Shown in pieces: positions 1 to 7,910 of a stretch of DNA of 32,000 nt (its first letter is position 1; each line of letters starts with the position of its first letter). A program made the translations under genes and the position numbers. This stretch comes from Corynebacterium amycolatum. Lineage in GTDB: Bacteria; Actinomycetota; Actinomycetes; Mycobacteriales; Mycobacteriaceae. The stretch lies in NCBI RefSeq assembly GCF_049243625.1, contig NZ_CP046975.1. One strand, given 5' to 3'. Below the pieces are notes generated by a model. The model had not been told where the DNA came from and did not search any database. It was given only the letters and a program-made list of their open reading frames with translations.

Positions 1-71
1 AGAAGCAATACGCAGCAAAACCCTCTCAAGCCAAAGCAGTGATTCTTGCGGTGTTTTGTGTTTGCTTTTTG

Positions 72-87
72 TAGACCAGTTTGTCTA
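72..87. promoter_or_regulatory. McbR-type operator (TAGAC-N6-GTCTA), box 1, upstream of the fprA-like gene
   Basis: Sequence TAGACcagtttGTCTA is a perfect match to the TAGAC-N6-GTCTA inverted repeat known for the Corynebacterium McbR sulfur regulator. It lies in the spacer and -10 region of a plausible sigmaA promoter (TTGCTT 62-67, 18-nt spacer, TATATT 86-91). Confidence 0.55.
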
Positions 88-106
88 TATTCTGTTTCAG
101 CAAGCA

Positions 107-122
107 TAGACCGATTGGTCTA
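107..122. promoter_or_regulatory. McbR-type operator (TAGAC-N6-GTCTA), box 2
   Basis: Sequence TAGACCgattGGTCTA is a perfect TAGAC-N6-GTCTA match, extended to a 6+6 palindrome. Its centre is 35 bp from box 1 and its 3' end is 48 bp upstream of the ATG at 170. Confidence 0.55.
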
Positions 123-169
123 CGATAAGCAATCGCGACAAAGAAAACGTAGAAAAAGGATTCCACTCA

Positions 170-1675
170 ATGACCAACGACCAGACTGCAGCCCAGAACG
201 CGGCCGCTTCCTCACTGCCCAATCTCGCCAACTCCACCACGCCACTGCGTGTAGCCGTGGTCGGCTCGGGCCCGGCCGGTATCTACGCCTCCGACGCACT
301 GATGAAGTCCGGCCGCGACGTCGCCATCGACCTCTACGAGCGCCTTCCAGTGCCGTTCGGTCTCATCCGCTACGGCGTTGCGCCAGACCACCCGCGAATC
401 AAGGGCATCATTAAGTCCCTCCACCGAGTGCTGGACAAGCCGCAGGTCCGACTTCTGGGCAACGTGGACGTCGGTAAGCAGGTCAGCGTCGATGAACTGC
501 GCCAGTTCTACGACGCCATCATCTTCGCCACTGGCGCGACCGGCGACCGCGATCTGAATATCCCGGGCGCCGACCTGCCGGAGCACTACGGCGCGGGTGA
601 GTTCGTAGGTTTCTACGACTCCCACCCGGAGTTCGCCCGCGATTGGGAACTCTCCGCTGAGTCCGTGGCCGTGGTCGGTGTCGGCAACGTGGGCCTCGAC
701 GTCGCCCGCATTCTCGCCAAGACTGCCGATGAGCTGCACGTCACCGAAATCGCCGACAACGTCTACGCTGGCCTGGCAAAGAATGCCGCCCACGAAATTC
801 ACGTCTTCGGCCGCCGCGGCCCGGCCCAGGCAAAATTCACTCCACTGGAGCTGAAGGAATTGGACCACTCCGACACCATTGAGGTTGTCGTGAATCCGGA
901 GGACATCCAGTACGATGCCGCCTCCGAAACGTCCCGTCGTGAGTCCAAGATCACCGATCAGGTCTGTACGATTCTGGAAAACTACGCCATCCGCGAGCCA
1001 AAGGGCGCCCCGCACAAGCTCTTCATCCACTTCTTCGAGTCCCCGGTCGAAATCATCGGCGAGACCGGCGAGGATGGAGTACAGCACGTCAGCGCTATCC
1101 GCACCGAACGCACTGAACTCGACGGCGAGGGTGGCGTCCGTGGCACCGGCACGTTCACCGAATGGCCGATCGGTGCGGTCTACCGTGCAGTCGGCTACCG
1201 CTCCGACGCAGTCACCGGCGTACCGTTCGACACCGGCACCCACACCATCCCAGATGCCGGCGGACGCGTGCTTGACGACGTCGACGGCAACCACATCCAG
1301 GGTCTGTACACCACCGGCTGGATTCGCCGTGGCCCGGTCGGCCTAATCGGTAACACCAAGGGCGACGCCAACGAAACCGTCGGCAACCTCATCGCCGACT
1401 GGGAGGCAGGCCGCCTGGTCGCACCTGCAAAACCCACGCATAACGACATCGACGAGTTCCTGGCCAACAAGGGCCTCCAGGTCACCACCTGGGAGGGCTG
1501 GCACGCACTCGACGCCGCCGAACGTGCAGCGGGCGAAGCCGAAGGCCGCGAGCGCAAGAAGCTGGTCGAGTGGGCCGACATGGTTGCGGCCTCCACGGTC
1601 GTCGCAAAGCAGCCAGATGCCGATGACGTGGCCGAAGCTGTACACGAAGCGGTTGTGGAGACTGTCGCCAGCTAG
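170..1675 (+). CDS. fprA: NADPH:ferredoxin (adrenodoxin-type) reductase, FprA family
   Basis: 501-aa ORF. It has an N-terminal FAD Rossmann motif (RVAVVGSGPAGIYASDAL) and a second dinucleotide motif (VAVVGVGNVGLDVARIL). The C-terminal TTGWIRRGPVGLIGTNK-like block is typical of FprA/adrenodoxin-reductase proteins. An AAAGGA SD-like sequence lies about 11 nt upstream. Confidence 0.85.
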   Translation: MTNDQTAAQNAAASSLPNLANSTTPLRVAVVGSGPAGIYASDALMKSGRDVAIDLYERLPVPFGLIRYGVAPDHPRIKGIIKSLHRVLDKPQVRLLGNVDVGKQVSVDELRQFYDAIIFATGATGDRDLNIPGADLPEHYGAGEFVGFYDSHPEFARDWELSAESVAVVGVGNVGLDVARILAKTADELHVTEIADNVYAGLAKNAAHEIHVFGRRGPAQAKFTPLELKELDHSDTIEVVVNPEDIQYDAASETSRRESKITDQVCTILENYAIREPKGAPHKLFIHFFESPVEIIGETGEDGVQHVSAIRTERTELDGEGGVRGTGTFTEWPIGAVYRAVGYRSDAVTGVPFDTGTHTIPDAGGRVLDDVDGNHIQGLYTTGWIRRGPVGLIGNTKGDANETVGNLIADWEAGRLVAPAKPTHNDIDEFLANKGLQVTTWEGWHALDAAERAAGEAEGRERKKLVEWADMVAASTVVAKQPDADDVAEAVHEAVVETVAS

Positions 1676-1739
1676 CGTGTCGGGTCTAACCGGGCAGTTG
1701 ATTGTGCACGTCAGTCGGTCTTCGGATTAGAGTTAATAC

Positions 1740-2243
1740 ATGGCTTATCATGCAGACTCATCCAACCTGGACGTCAAGGAAGTTCTGACCTGGGAAGGCT
1801 TCGGCGTCGCCTCCCGTGAACTGGCACAGCAGATTGTCGATTCGGGCTACGAGCCGGAGATTATTATCGCCGTGGCCCGCGGTGGTCTTCTACCTGCAGG
1901 TGCACTCAGCTACACCATGGGCGTCAAGCTCTCTGACGCCATTAACGTCGAGTTCTACACCGACGTGGCGGAGACCCTGCCGGATCCGGTTCTGCTGGAG
2001 CCGCTGCTGGACATCGAATCGATTTCTGAGCGCCGTCTGCTGGTCGTTGACGATGTCGCAGACTCCGGTCGCACGCTGCACCTGGTGCTCGATTTGCTTA
2101 AGACCCACGGTGCGGAAGTACGCTCCGCTGTGCTCTACGGCAAGTCCCGCTCGGAGATTGCACCGGACTATGTCTGGAAGCACACCGATGACTGGATCGT
2201 CTTCCCCTGGTCGGCCGAGCCACCGGTACAGAAGTCCAAGTAG
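1740..2243 (+). CDS. Purine phosphoribosyltransferase, Gpt (xanthine-guanine PRT)-like
   Basis: 167 aa with PRPP loop LLVVDDVADSGRTL. It is collinear with E. coli Gpt as I recall it (W..f......la..i.....IIAVARGGLLPAG ... DDWIVFPW). Confidence 0.75.
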   Translation: MAYHADSSNLDVKEVLTWEGFGVASRELAQQIVDSGYEPEIIIAVARGGLLPAGALSYTMGVKLSDAINVEFYTDVAETLPDPVLLEPLLDIESISERRLLVVDDVADSGRTLHLVLDLLKTHGAEVRSAVLYGKSRSEIAPDYVWKHTDDWIVFPWSAEPPVQKSK

Positions 2244-2275
2244 ATCAAGTAGCTTACGCACCATAGCGGGCAAAC

Positions 2276-2319
2276 AAAAAGTGCGCTGCGGGGCCGGTTA
2301 TGGCCGTACCGCAGCGCAC
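2276..2319 (-). terminator. Intrinsic terminator between the convergent PRT gene and purT
   Basis: An 11-bp perfect stem (GTGCGCTGCGG 2281-2291 / CCGCAGCGCAC 2309-2319) has an inner GGCC/GGCC pairing. On the minus strand the stem is followed by a T5 run (A-run 2276-2280 on plus), so it best fits purT termination. It may also stop the plus-strand gene. Confidence 0.7.
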
Positions 2320-2333
2320 ACTACGTCGTCGAA

Positions 2334-3554
2334 CTAGCCCAGTTCGACGACCTTAATCTTTGATGCCGCCTCCGATGCACGCTCACGGGCAGCATCGACA
2401 GAATCCGCGGTTGAAACAGCAACGCCCATGCGGCGACGCGGGCCAGCGACCGGCTTACCAAAGATACGAATATCAGTCTCCGGAATAGCCATGGCCTCCG
2501 TCAGCCCGGTGTAGCCCGGCTGCTCGATGTCAGCACCGCCGTAGACCACAGCGGAGGCTCCCGGGGACACCAGCGTGACGTCGATAGGCAGACCCAACAC
2601 TGCACGCGCGTGCAGCTCGAACTCAGAGAAACGCTGGGTGCCCATGGTGACCATGCCGGTGTCGTGCGGACGCGGGCTGACCTCGGAGAACCACACCTCA
2701 TCGCCGCGAACAAACAGCTCGACGCCGAAGATACCGCGACCGCCCAGCGCGTTGGTGATGCGCGCGGCGACAGAGCGCGCATTGTCCAGGGCGTTTTCAC
2801 TCATGGCAGCCGGCTGCCATGACTCAACGTAGTCGCCGTCCTGCTGACGGTGCCCAATGGGCTCACAGAACCACGTTGCCCCCTCGCCGGTCTCCGGATC
2901 AACGGAGCGCACGGTCAGCAGCGTGATCTCGTAGTCGAAATCGACGAAGCCCTCCACGATGACGCGGCCGGACTCGACGCGGCCGCCACTCATGGCGTAA
3001 TCCCACGCGGCCTGGACATCCTCCGGCGAACGCAGCGTGGACTGCCCCTTGCCCGAGGAACTCATGACCGGCTTGACCACACACGGGAAGCCAATCTCAT
3101 CAACAGCTGCGGTGAACTCATCAAAGCTGGAGGCGAAGTGATAGCGGGAAGTCGGCAGCCCAACCTCTTCCGCAGCCAGACGGCGAATACCCTCTCGGTT
3201 CATGGTCAGCTGAGTCGCCCGTGCGGTTGGAATAACGGTGACGTCCAGCGTCTCGTCTTCCTCAACCTCTTCCAGCACCTCGGTTGCCAGGGCCTCGATC
3301 TCGGGGACGATGAAGTGGGGCTTGACCTCGAGAATCAGGTCCCGCAGTGCACTGGGGTCCGACATATTCAAGACGTAGGCGTGGTGAGCTACCTGGTGTG
3401 CCGGTGCATGCTCGTAGCGATCGGCAGCGTGCACCTCAACGCCAAGACGTTGGAAAGCAATGGTCACCTCCTTGCCGAGCTCGCCAGAGCCGAGCAGCAG
3501 AACTCGCGTCGCTCCCGGCTGGTACGGGGTTCCGGTGACTTCAGGGGTGAACAT
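2334..3554 (-). CDS. purT: Formate-dependent phosphoribosylglycinamide formyltransferase (GAR transformylase 2)
   Basis: ATP-grasp protein with N-terminus [33 protein letters not shown], collinear with E. coli PurT throughout. I place the start at ATG 3554 (MFTPEV...). The ORF track extends to 3596. Confidence 0.9.
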   Translation of the reverse strand: MFTPEVTGTPYQPGATRVLLLGSGELGKEVTIAFQRLGVEVHAADRYEHAPAHQVAHHAYVLNMSDPSALRDLILEVKPHFIVPEIEALATEVLEEVEEDETLDVTVIPTARATQLTMNREGIRRLAAEEVGLPTSRYHFASSFDEFTAAVDEIGFPCVVKPVMSSSGKGQSTLRSPEDVQAAWDYAMSGGRVESGRVIVEGFVDFDYEITLLTVRSVDPETGEGATWFCEPIGHRQQDGDYVESWQPAAMSENALDNARSVAARITNALGGRGIFGVELFVRGDEVWFSEVSPRPHDTGMVTMGTQRFSEFELHARAVLGLPIDVTLVSPGASAVVYGGADIEQPGYTGLTEAMAIPETDIRIFGKPVAGPRRRMGVAVSTADSVDAARERASEAASKIKVVELG

Positions 3555-3670
3555 CGAGATAAACTCGCTTTCGTCTACGGCACGTACGCTGCACAACCAG
3601 CAGCTGTGAAATTGATTGTCTCCAGCATACGACAGCGAGCGTATTCACCGCGGCGGGCACGGGCGGGAAC

Positions 3671-4702
3671 CTAGCGCGGGAACACCCGCTCAAACTCGAC
3701 CAGCGCCGCACTCCGGTCAGCAGCCAAGACAACGTTCGCCTCAGCACCGGCAGAGTCTGCCACCACTTGACCGCGGCGTCCTGGCTCATCTGCAAAGGTT
3801 CGCTTATCGACGCCCACGAGACGCATCTTCTCCACTTCCCCTGTCACCGCACCGACGGCCACCATCGCAGCAAAGAGGTCATGGACCTGCGCCTTGTAAC
3901 CGACCCCCACACCCTGGTGGAACTCAAAGTAGAACTTCAGCGAACGGCGCAGAACACGCAGCAGCTCCGGGTTCATACCGGCATCGCGCCAGAACTCAAT
4001 TTCAACATCGCTGATAGTGATGGTCTCGGTGACATTGAGTGGAATCAACGTCGGCACCGGCGCACCTGCGGCGGTGGCGATACTGCGCACGGCATCCTCC
4101 GGGCGCTCGACTGCCACAGCGCCCGCGGTGCCGAAGACCTCGGTGACCGCGGTGGGGTCGACCCAGAAGTTCCATTCCGCAAACTCGGTAACGTTACCGT
4201 GGTACTCCACAGCACCGCCCATAATGGTTACGCCGTCGAGCTCCCGCATGAGTTCTGGGTACTTCTTCAAAGCGGCCACGTAGGTAGTCATAGGGCCAGT
4301 GACCAGCAGGTGCACCTTCTCCCCCGTCGACCGCGCCTGCTCGATGACCTGGCGCCACAGCGCCAGCGGATCCGTCGCTCCTCCGCGCCCCGGCTCGTAG
4401 ATGACGGCCGGTGGCGCCAGGTTGTAGCCCAGCCCGTACGGGCCATGAGTCTCAGGCGTGGTAGTCAGCTCACGGTCAGCGGGCCCCTCGAAACCGCTGA
4501 CAACCGGGACCTCCGGACAACCGCAGAGATTCAACATGTATTTTGTGTTGCGAGCGGACCATGCCGCAGTGGTGTTACCACCTGCGCAGGTCACACCCAC
4601 CAGCTCAATCTCGCCTGCGGTATGCAACCCCGCGAGGTAGACGAGAGCAAGACTGTCATCGATACCCGTGTCAACGTCGGCAAGCACTTTCAAACGCGTC
4701 AT
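3671..4702 (-). CDS. Nucleoside hydrolase (IunH/RihA-like, inosine-uridine preferring family)
   Basis: The N-terminal DVDTGIDDSLAL matches the DxDxxxDD calcium/ribose-binding fingerprint of nucleoside hydrolases. Length is about 343 aa. The start is chosen at ATG 4702 (MTRLKVLADVDTG). The GTG at 4726 is the alternative. Confidence 0.8.
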   Translation of the reverse strand: MTRLKVLADVDTGIDDSLALVYLAGLHTAGEIELVGVTCAGGNTTAAWSARNTKYMLNLCGCPEVPVVSGFEGPADRELTTTPETHGPYGLGYNLAPPAVIYEPGRGGATDPLALWRQVIEQARSTGEKVHLLVTGPMTTYVAALKKYPELMRELDGVTIMGGAVEYHGNVTEFAEWNFWVDPTAVTEVFGTAGAVAVERPEDAVRSIATAAGAPVPTLIPLNVTETITISDVEIEFWRDAGMNPELLRVLRRSLKFYFEFHQGVGVGYKAQVHDLFAAMVAVGAVTGEVEKMRLVGVDKRTFADEPGRRGQVVADSAGAEANVVLAADRSAALVEFERVFPR

Positions 4703-4798
4703 AAGGTCAAGTGTGACACGAAACACGCTCGGCTCGCAGAGCTAAACCCGGGCAAAACAGGAATACAGACAAGTTTTCGCGGGTGCTAGCCGGATTTA

Positions 4799-6055
4799 CT
4801 AGTTCGTCGCCATCCCTGCATCACCCACCGGAGCGGACTCCGGCAGCGGCATAGCCAGCTCGGTCAAGACCTCGCGCAGACGCGTCGGGTAGTCGGTAAT
4901 GATGCCATCGACACCAGCGGCAATCTGCTCGCGCATGGTCTCCTTTTCATTCACCGTCCACGGCACCACCTTCATGCCAGCCTCGTGTGCGCGGGAAATC
5001 AGCTCCGGCGTGGCGACCGGGTGGTAGTCAGAATCCGACGGTGTCTTGCCGTAAGGAATGCTGTGCGTCGGTGAGAGCACCTGCACGCCGAGCTGCTTGG
5101 CGGCCTCGATAATGTCGCCATCGACCTCGTCGTAATTGACATCGCCGATCCAAGGAGAATCCTTCTTCCAGGTGGTCTCGTCCCACAGCATGACCAGTGG
5201 AATCTCCGGGTTCCGTTCCGCGACCAGCGGCAGCGAGCGCCAATCGAAGGACTGAATCATCACTCGATCAGCCACACCCGCGCGGTCAATCTCGTCGAGA
5301 ATCACATCGACGAACTCCTGTGGTTCTGCCGAGTCAGCGCGCTTTTCGCCCTCAATCTTGGTCTCAATGTTGAAGTGGATGTCCTGGTTGTCCTTAGTTA
5401 GCTCGAACAGCTCCGGCAGGGTCATCATCCTGTTGCCCTTGATTGGCTCCGCATCCGGGAAGTCCTCGAGCTTCTTGTCGCAGACCAGGGTTTGTACCTG
5501 CTCATAGGTGAGGTCATGCACGAGCTTGCCGACGTACGGGTACTGCGGATCCCCCTCCGTCACTGGCTCGGTGTCCGAGCACTTATCGTCTTGGATCTCC
5601 GGATCGTGCCAGACCATAGGCACGCCATCCTTCGTCAGAACGATGTCCAGCTCCAACGTTGTAACGCCCAGCTCCAGCGAGTTGGCCATCGCCTGCTTGG
5701 ACTCCTCCGTCCACTCACCACGACCACCACGGTGCGACTGCAGATCAAAACCCTCCGGCAACTTAGCCATCGCAGCCGGCCGCACATTCGCGGACGCATT
5801 CAGCTCAGCGACCTGCTGCTTTTCAAAGGTCTTCTCTTCGCTCGCCGTAGTGCTAACCGCGCTTGTACTGCTTGACGACGACACCGCGTCGTTGTCCGCA
5901 TCATTGCTGCAGGCTGCAATAGGAGAAATAGCAAACGCACCCATAGCAATGGCCGCAATTGCGCGGCGTGTGCCGTGAGCACGTGAGTTCTGTGGCTGCT
6001 CTCTCTGCTCGGTCCGTTCGTCAAGGATGGAGTCAGATGAGTTGTGAGAAGACAT
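4799..6055 (-). CDS. Glycerophosphodiester phosphodiesterase family lipoprotein
   Basis: GDPD core HRGGRGEWTEES...TLELDIVLTKDGVPMVWHD. N-terminus ...GTRRAIAAIAMGAFAISPIAAC carries a lipobox (IAAC) and a possible twin-arginine motif, followed by a Ser/Thr-rich linker. AGAGGA lies upstream of the ATG. Confidence 0.85.
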   Translation of the reverse strand: MSSHNSSDSILDERTEQREQPQNSRAHGTRRAIAAIAMGAFAISPIAACSNDADNDAVSSSSSTSAVSTTASEEKTFEKQQVAELNASANVRPAAMAKLPEGFDLQSHRGGRGEWTEESKQAMANSLELGVTTLELDIVLTKDGVPMVWHDPEIQDDKCSDTEPVTEGDPQYPYVGKLVHDLTYEQVQTLVCDKKLEDFPDAEPIKGNRMMTLPELFELTKDNQDIHFNIETKIEGEKRADSAEPQEFVDVILDEIDRAGVADRVMIQSFDWRSLPLVAERNPEIPLVMLWDETTWKKDSPWIGDVNYDEVDGDIIEAAKQLGVQVLSPTHSIPYGKTPSDSDYHPVATPELISRAHEAGMKVVPWTVNEKETMREQIAAGVDGIITDYPTRLREVLTELAMPLPESAPVGDAGMATN

Positions 6056-6085
6056 GGCCGGTGATTTTCCTCTTTGGGCTTAGTA

Positions 6086-6117
6086 TTAGCGACTTATGTT
6101 AGCGACTTCATAGCGAC
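6086..6117. repeat. Three direct repeats (TTAGCGACTT x2 plus TAGCGAC) in the GDPD promoter region
   Basis: Copies at 6086-6095, 6099-6108 and 6111-6117 (period 13 then 12 bp) lie 31-62 bp upstream of the GDPD start at 6055. On the coding strand they sit just upstream of a TAATACT -10-like element. Confidence 0.45.
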
Positions 6118-6260
6118 GGCATAGTACCGACAACAAAGTGTCGACAAACTACCGTCGGAGATTTTACGGAACACAGAAATCTACGTGAAATCTGTGTGTT
6201 GCGCCACTACTTTAAAACGGCTTGCCAGCACTCGCATCTGGAGAGAGCACGGGTTAGAGA

Positions 6261-6899
6261 TTAATTTCCCTCTGCCTTTGGAATCTCACCTTCTTGAGCA
6301 ACTTCTACCCCATCCCAGGAGTACGTAACGGGAGCGTTGTACTGGTCTTTAAAGGCGAAGGCACCGCCGTCTTCAATCATTTTATTGACATCGAAGAAAT
6401 TGACGGTCACAGTTTTGCCATCGCCTTCGACCGAGTTGATTGTCCGCGGACCACCGGCGGTACCCACGTACTCGCCCTTATGAAACAGCAGCACTGCACC
6501 AGAGGTAGTTGAGTGGGTAATTTCATTCTGTACTGCTGAGGCAAAGGTCAACTCGCTGGTGGTATCCCAGTTCGTATTGTCCGTGACTGTCCAACCGCTG
6601 CCATTGCCACCTTCCATTGAGTTCAGGTCGGCAACCGCTTCTTCGAAAGACTCTTCCTGGATTGGCGCAGAAGAACCCCCATCGGTGTCGTTATCATCGA
6701 CATCCGGATTGGGGGTATCTGCACTTTCACTGTCATCCTCGACAGTGGTGGTCGTAGTGATGGTGGTCGTTTCTTCATCTACCTGAGGAGCAGAGGTCGG
6801 TGCTGCAGTCTCATCAGTGGAGCAACCGGACAAAGCCACTACACCTGCGACCGCCGCGCTAACCAGCATCGACCCGCGACGAACTGAACGACCACTCAT
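6261..6899 (-). CDS. LppP/LprE-family lipoprotein (paralog 1)
   Basis: Signal peptide plus lipobox (MSGRSVRRGSMLVSAAVAGVVALSGC), then an acidic T/D/E-rich linker. The C-terminal domain ...VLLFHKGEYVGTAGG...VTYSWDG..V..EGEIP resembles LppP/LprE (recall-based) and the neighbouring paralog. Start set at ATG 6899, with GAAGAGG upstream. Confidence 0.65.
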   Translation of the reverse strand: MSGRSVRRGSMLVSAAVAGVVALSGCSTDETAAPTSAPQVDEETTTITTTTTVEDDSESADTPNPDVDDNDTDGGSSAPIQEESFEEAVADLNSMEGGNGSGWTVTDNTNWDTTSELTFASAVQNEITHSTTSGAVLLFHKGEYVGTAGGPRTINSVEGDGKTVTVNFFDVNKMIEDGGAFAFKDQYNAPVTYSWDGVEVAQEGEIPKAEGN

Positions 6900-7009
6900 G
6901 GCTGGAACCTCTTCTGTTCTCTCAAGTTTTCTCAAGCACCTAGCTACGGCGGAGCATTACTTTTCTCATGTCCGACTCTGAATTGAGTTTACTTGGAAAA
7001 ATTCAAGAG

Positions 7010-7060
7010 TCCCCGAGAGTGCCCAAGAATTCTCGAAAGCTCTCGAGAGTTCTCGGGAGC
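7010..7060. repeat. Array of palindromic 10-mers (TCTCGAAAGC/TCTCGAGAGT/TCTCGGGAGC plus CCCCGAGAGT) between the two LppP-like genes
   Basis: Three contiguous 10-bp units lie at 7031-7040, 7041-7050 and 7051-7060, with a fourth related unit at 7011-7020. The central unit contains the perfect palindrome TCTCGAGA. The array can fold into a long imperfect hairpin (CCCGAGA...TCTCGGG) starting 3 nt after the stop of the 7063-7653 gene. Confidence 0.6.
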
Positions 7061-7062
7061 CG

Positions 7063-7653
7063 TTAGGAAGCGGGCTTCGCGCCGCCGGGAATCTTCCCCT
7101 CGTGGACGACGTGATCGCCGTTCCAGAAGAAGTGAACATTAGAGGTGAACTCCGCCGCATCAGCGTTCGGCGCACCTGCGGCCTCCTGGGCCTCCCAGTC
7201 GTGGTAGATGACTGAAATGTTCTTACCATCAGGGGTCGGCGTCACCTTGTTGATGTGCTGAGGCCGGTCAGAGTCCGTACCAATGAACTCACCCTTGTGG
7301 AACATCAACAACACAGTGGAGGACTGAGCGTTGCCCTGCTTGGCCTGATCTGCGAGAGCAAAGCTCAAATCGCTACACGGGCTGAAGTTGGAGGTGCCAG
7401 TGTACTTCCACCCATCATGGTTGTTCGGACGCTCCCTGTTGACCTTATCCAGGGCCGCCTGGATTTCAGGTGCAGCCGGGTTCGGGGTACAGCTATCCGC
7501 CTGCGCCGGAGCTGGAGCCGGTGCTGGTGCCGGAGCCGGTTTCGCCTGAGCCGCAGGAGCTGCAACTGCTCCACCTACTGCGGAGAAAACCATCGCGCCG
7601 GAAAGCACGGCGGAACTTGCCAGTCGTTGTACTCGGTGTCCTGTGTTTTGCAT
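7063..7653 (-). CDS. LppP/LprE-like secreted protein (paralog 2)
   Basis: Sec-type signal MQNTGHRVQRLASSAVLSGAMVFSAVGGAVAAPAAQA, then a (PA)n linker KPAPAPAPAPAPAQ. The C-terminal domain ...VLLMFHKGEFIGTDSD...VHFFWNGDHVVHEGKIPG aligns with the 6261-6899 product. Start set at ATG 7653. The ORF track begins at 7746. Confidence 0.6.
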   Translation of the reverse strand: MQNTGHRVQRLASSAVLSGAMVFSAVGGAVAAPAAQAKPAPAPAPAPAPAQADSCTPNPAAPEIQAALDKVNRERPNNHDGWKYTGTSNFSPCSDLSFALADQAKQGNAQSSTVLLMFHKGEFIGTDSDRPQHINKVTPTPDGKNISVIYHDWEAQEAAGAPNADAAEFTSNVHFFWNGDHVVHEGKIPGGAKPAS

Positions 7654-7666
7654 GAAAACCACACGC

Positions 7667-7695
7667 CTTCTGTCGTTTGGACTTCTGTCGTTGGA
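7667..7695. repeat. Tandem 15/14-bp direct repeat in the leader or promoter of the 7063-7653 gene
   Basis: CTTCTGTCGTTTGGA (7667-7681) is followed immediately by CTTCTGTCGTTGGA (7682-7695). The repeat lies 14-42 bp upstream of the ATG at 7653. Confidence 0.6.
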
Positions 7696-7910
7696 CCACG
7701 CGGTGAGGCCTACGATACAAAAATGACTCTGAGATGCCAGGGTCAACTGACAATTCCCAGAGCCTTCTCGTGGTTAGCAAATGTTCTTTTTTACAGCAGC
7801 CAGCAGTTTCGGCACCGAAGATTTTTTATCTAACAGTTCGATAAAGCCGGGTCGAAAGCGGGACTATTTTCCGGTTAGTTCGCCACTGCCTCCAGATTAA
7901 GTGTCCAGCG

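Noticed and set aside
7495-7560. GC-rich short tandem DNA repeat (gccggagctggagccggtgctggtgccggagccggt) that superficially looks like a microsatellite or mini-array.
   Set aside because: It lies inside the 7063-7653 CDS and encodes the (Pro-Ala)n linker KPAPAPAPAPAPAQ on the minus strand. It is a coding low-complexity linker, not a CRISPR array or a non-coding repeat.
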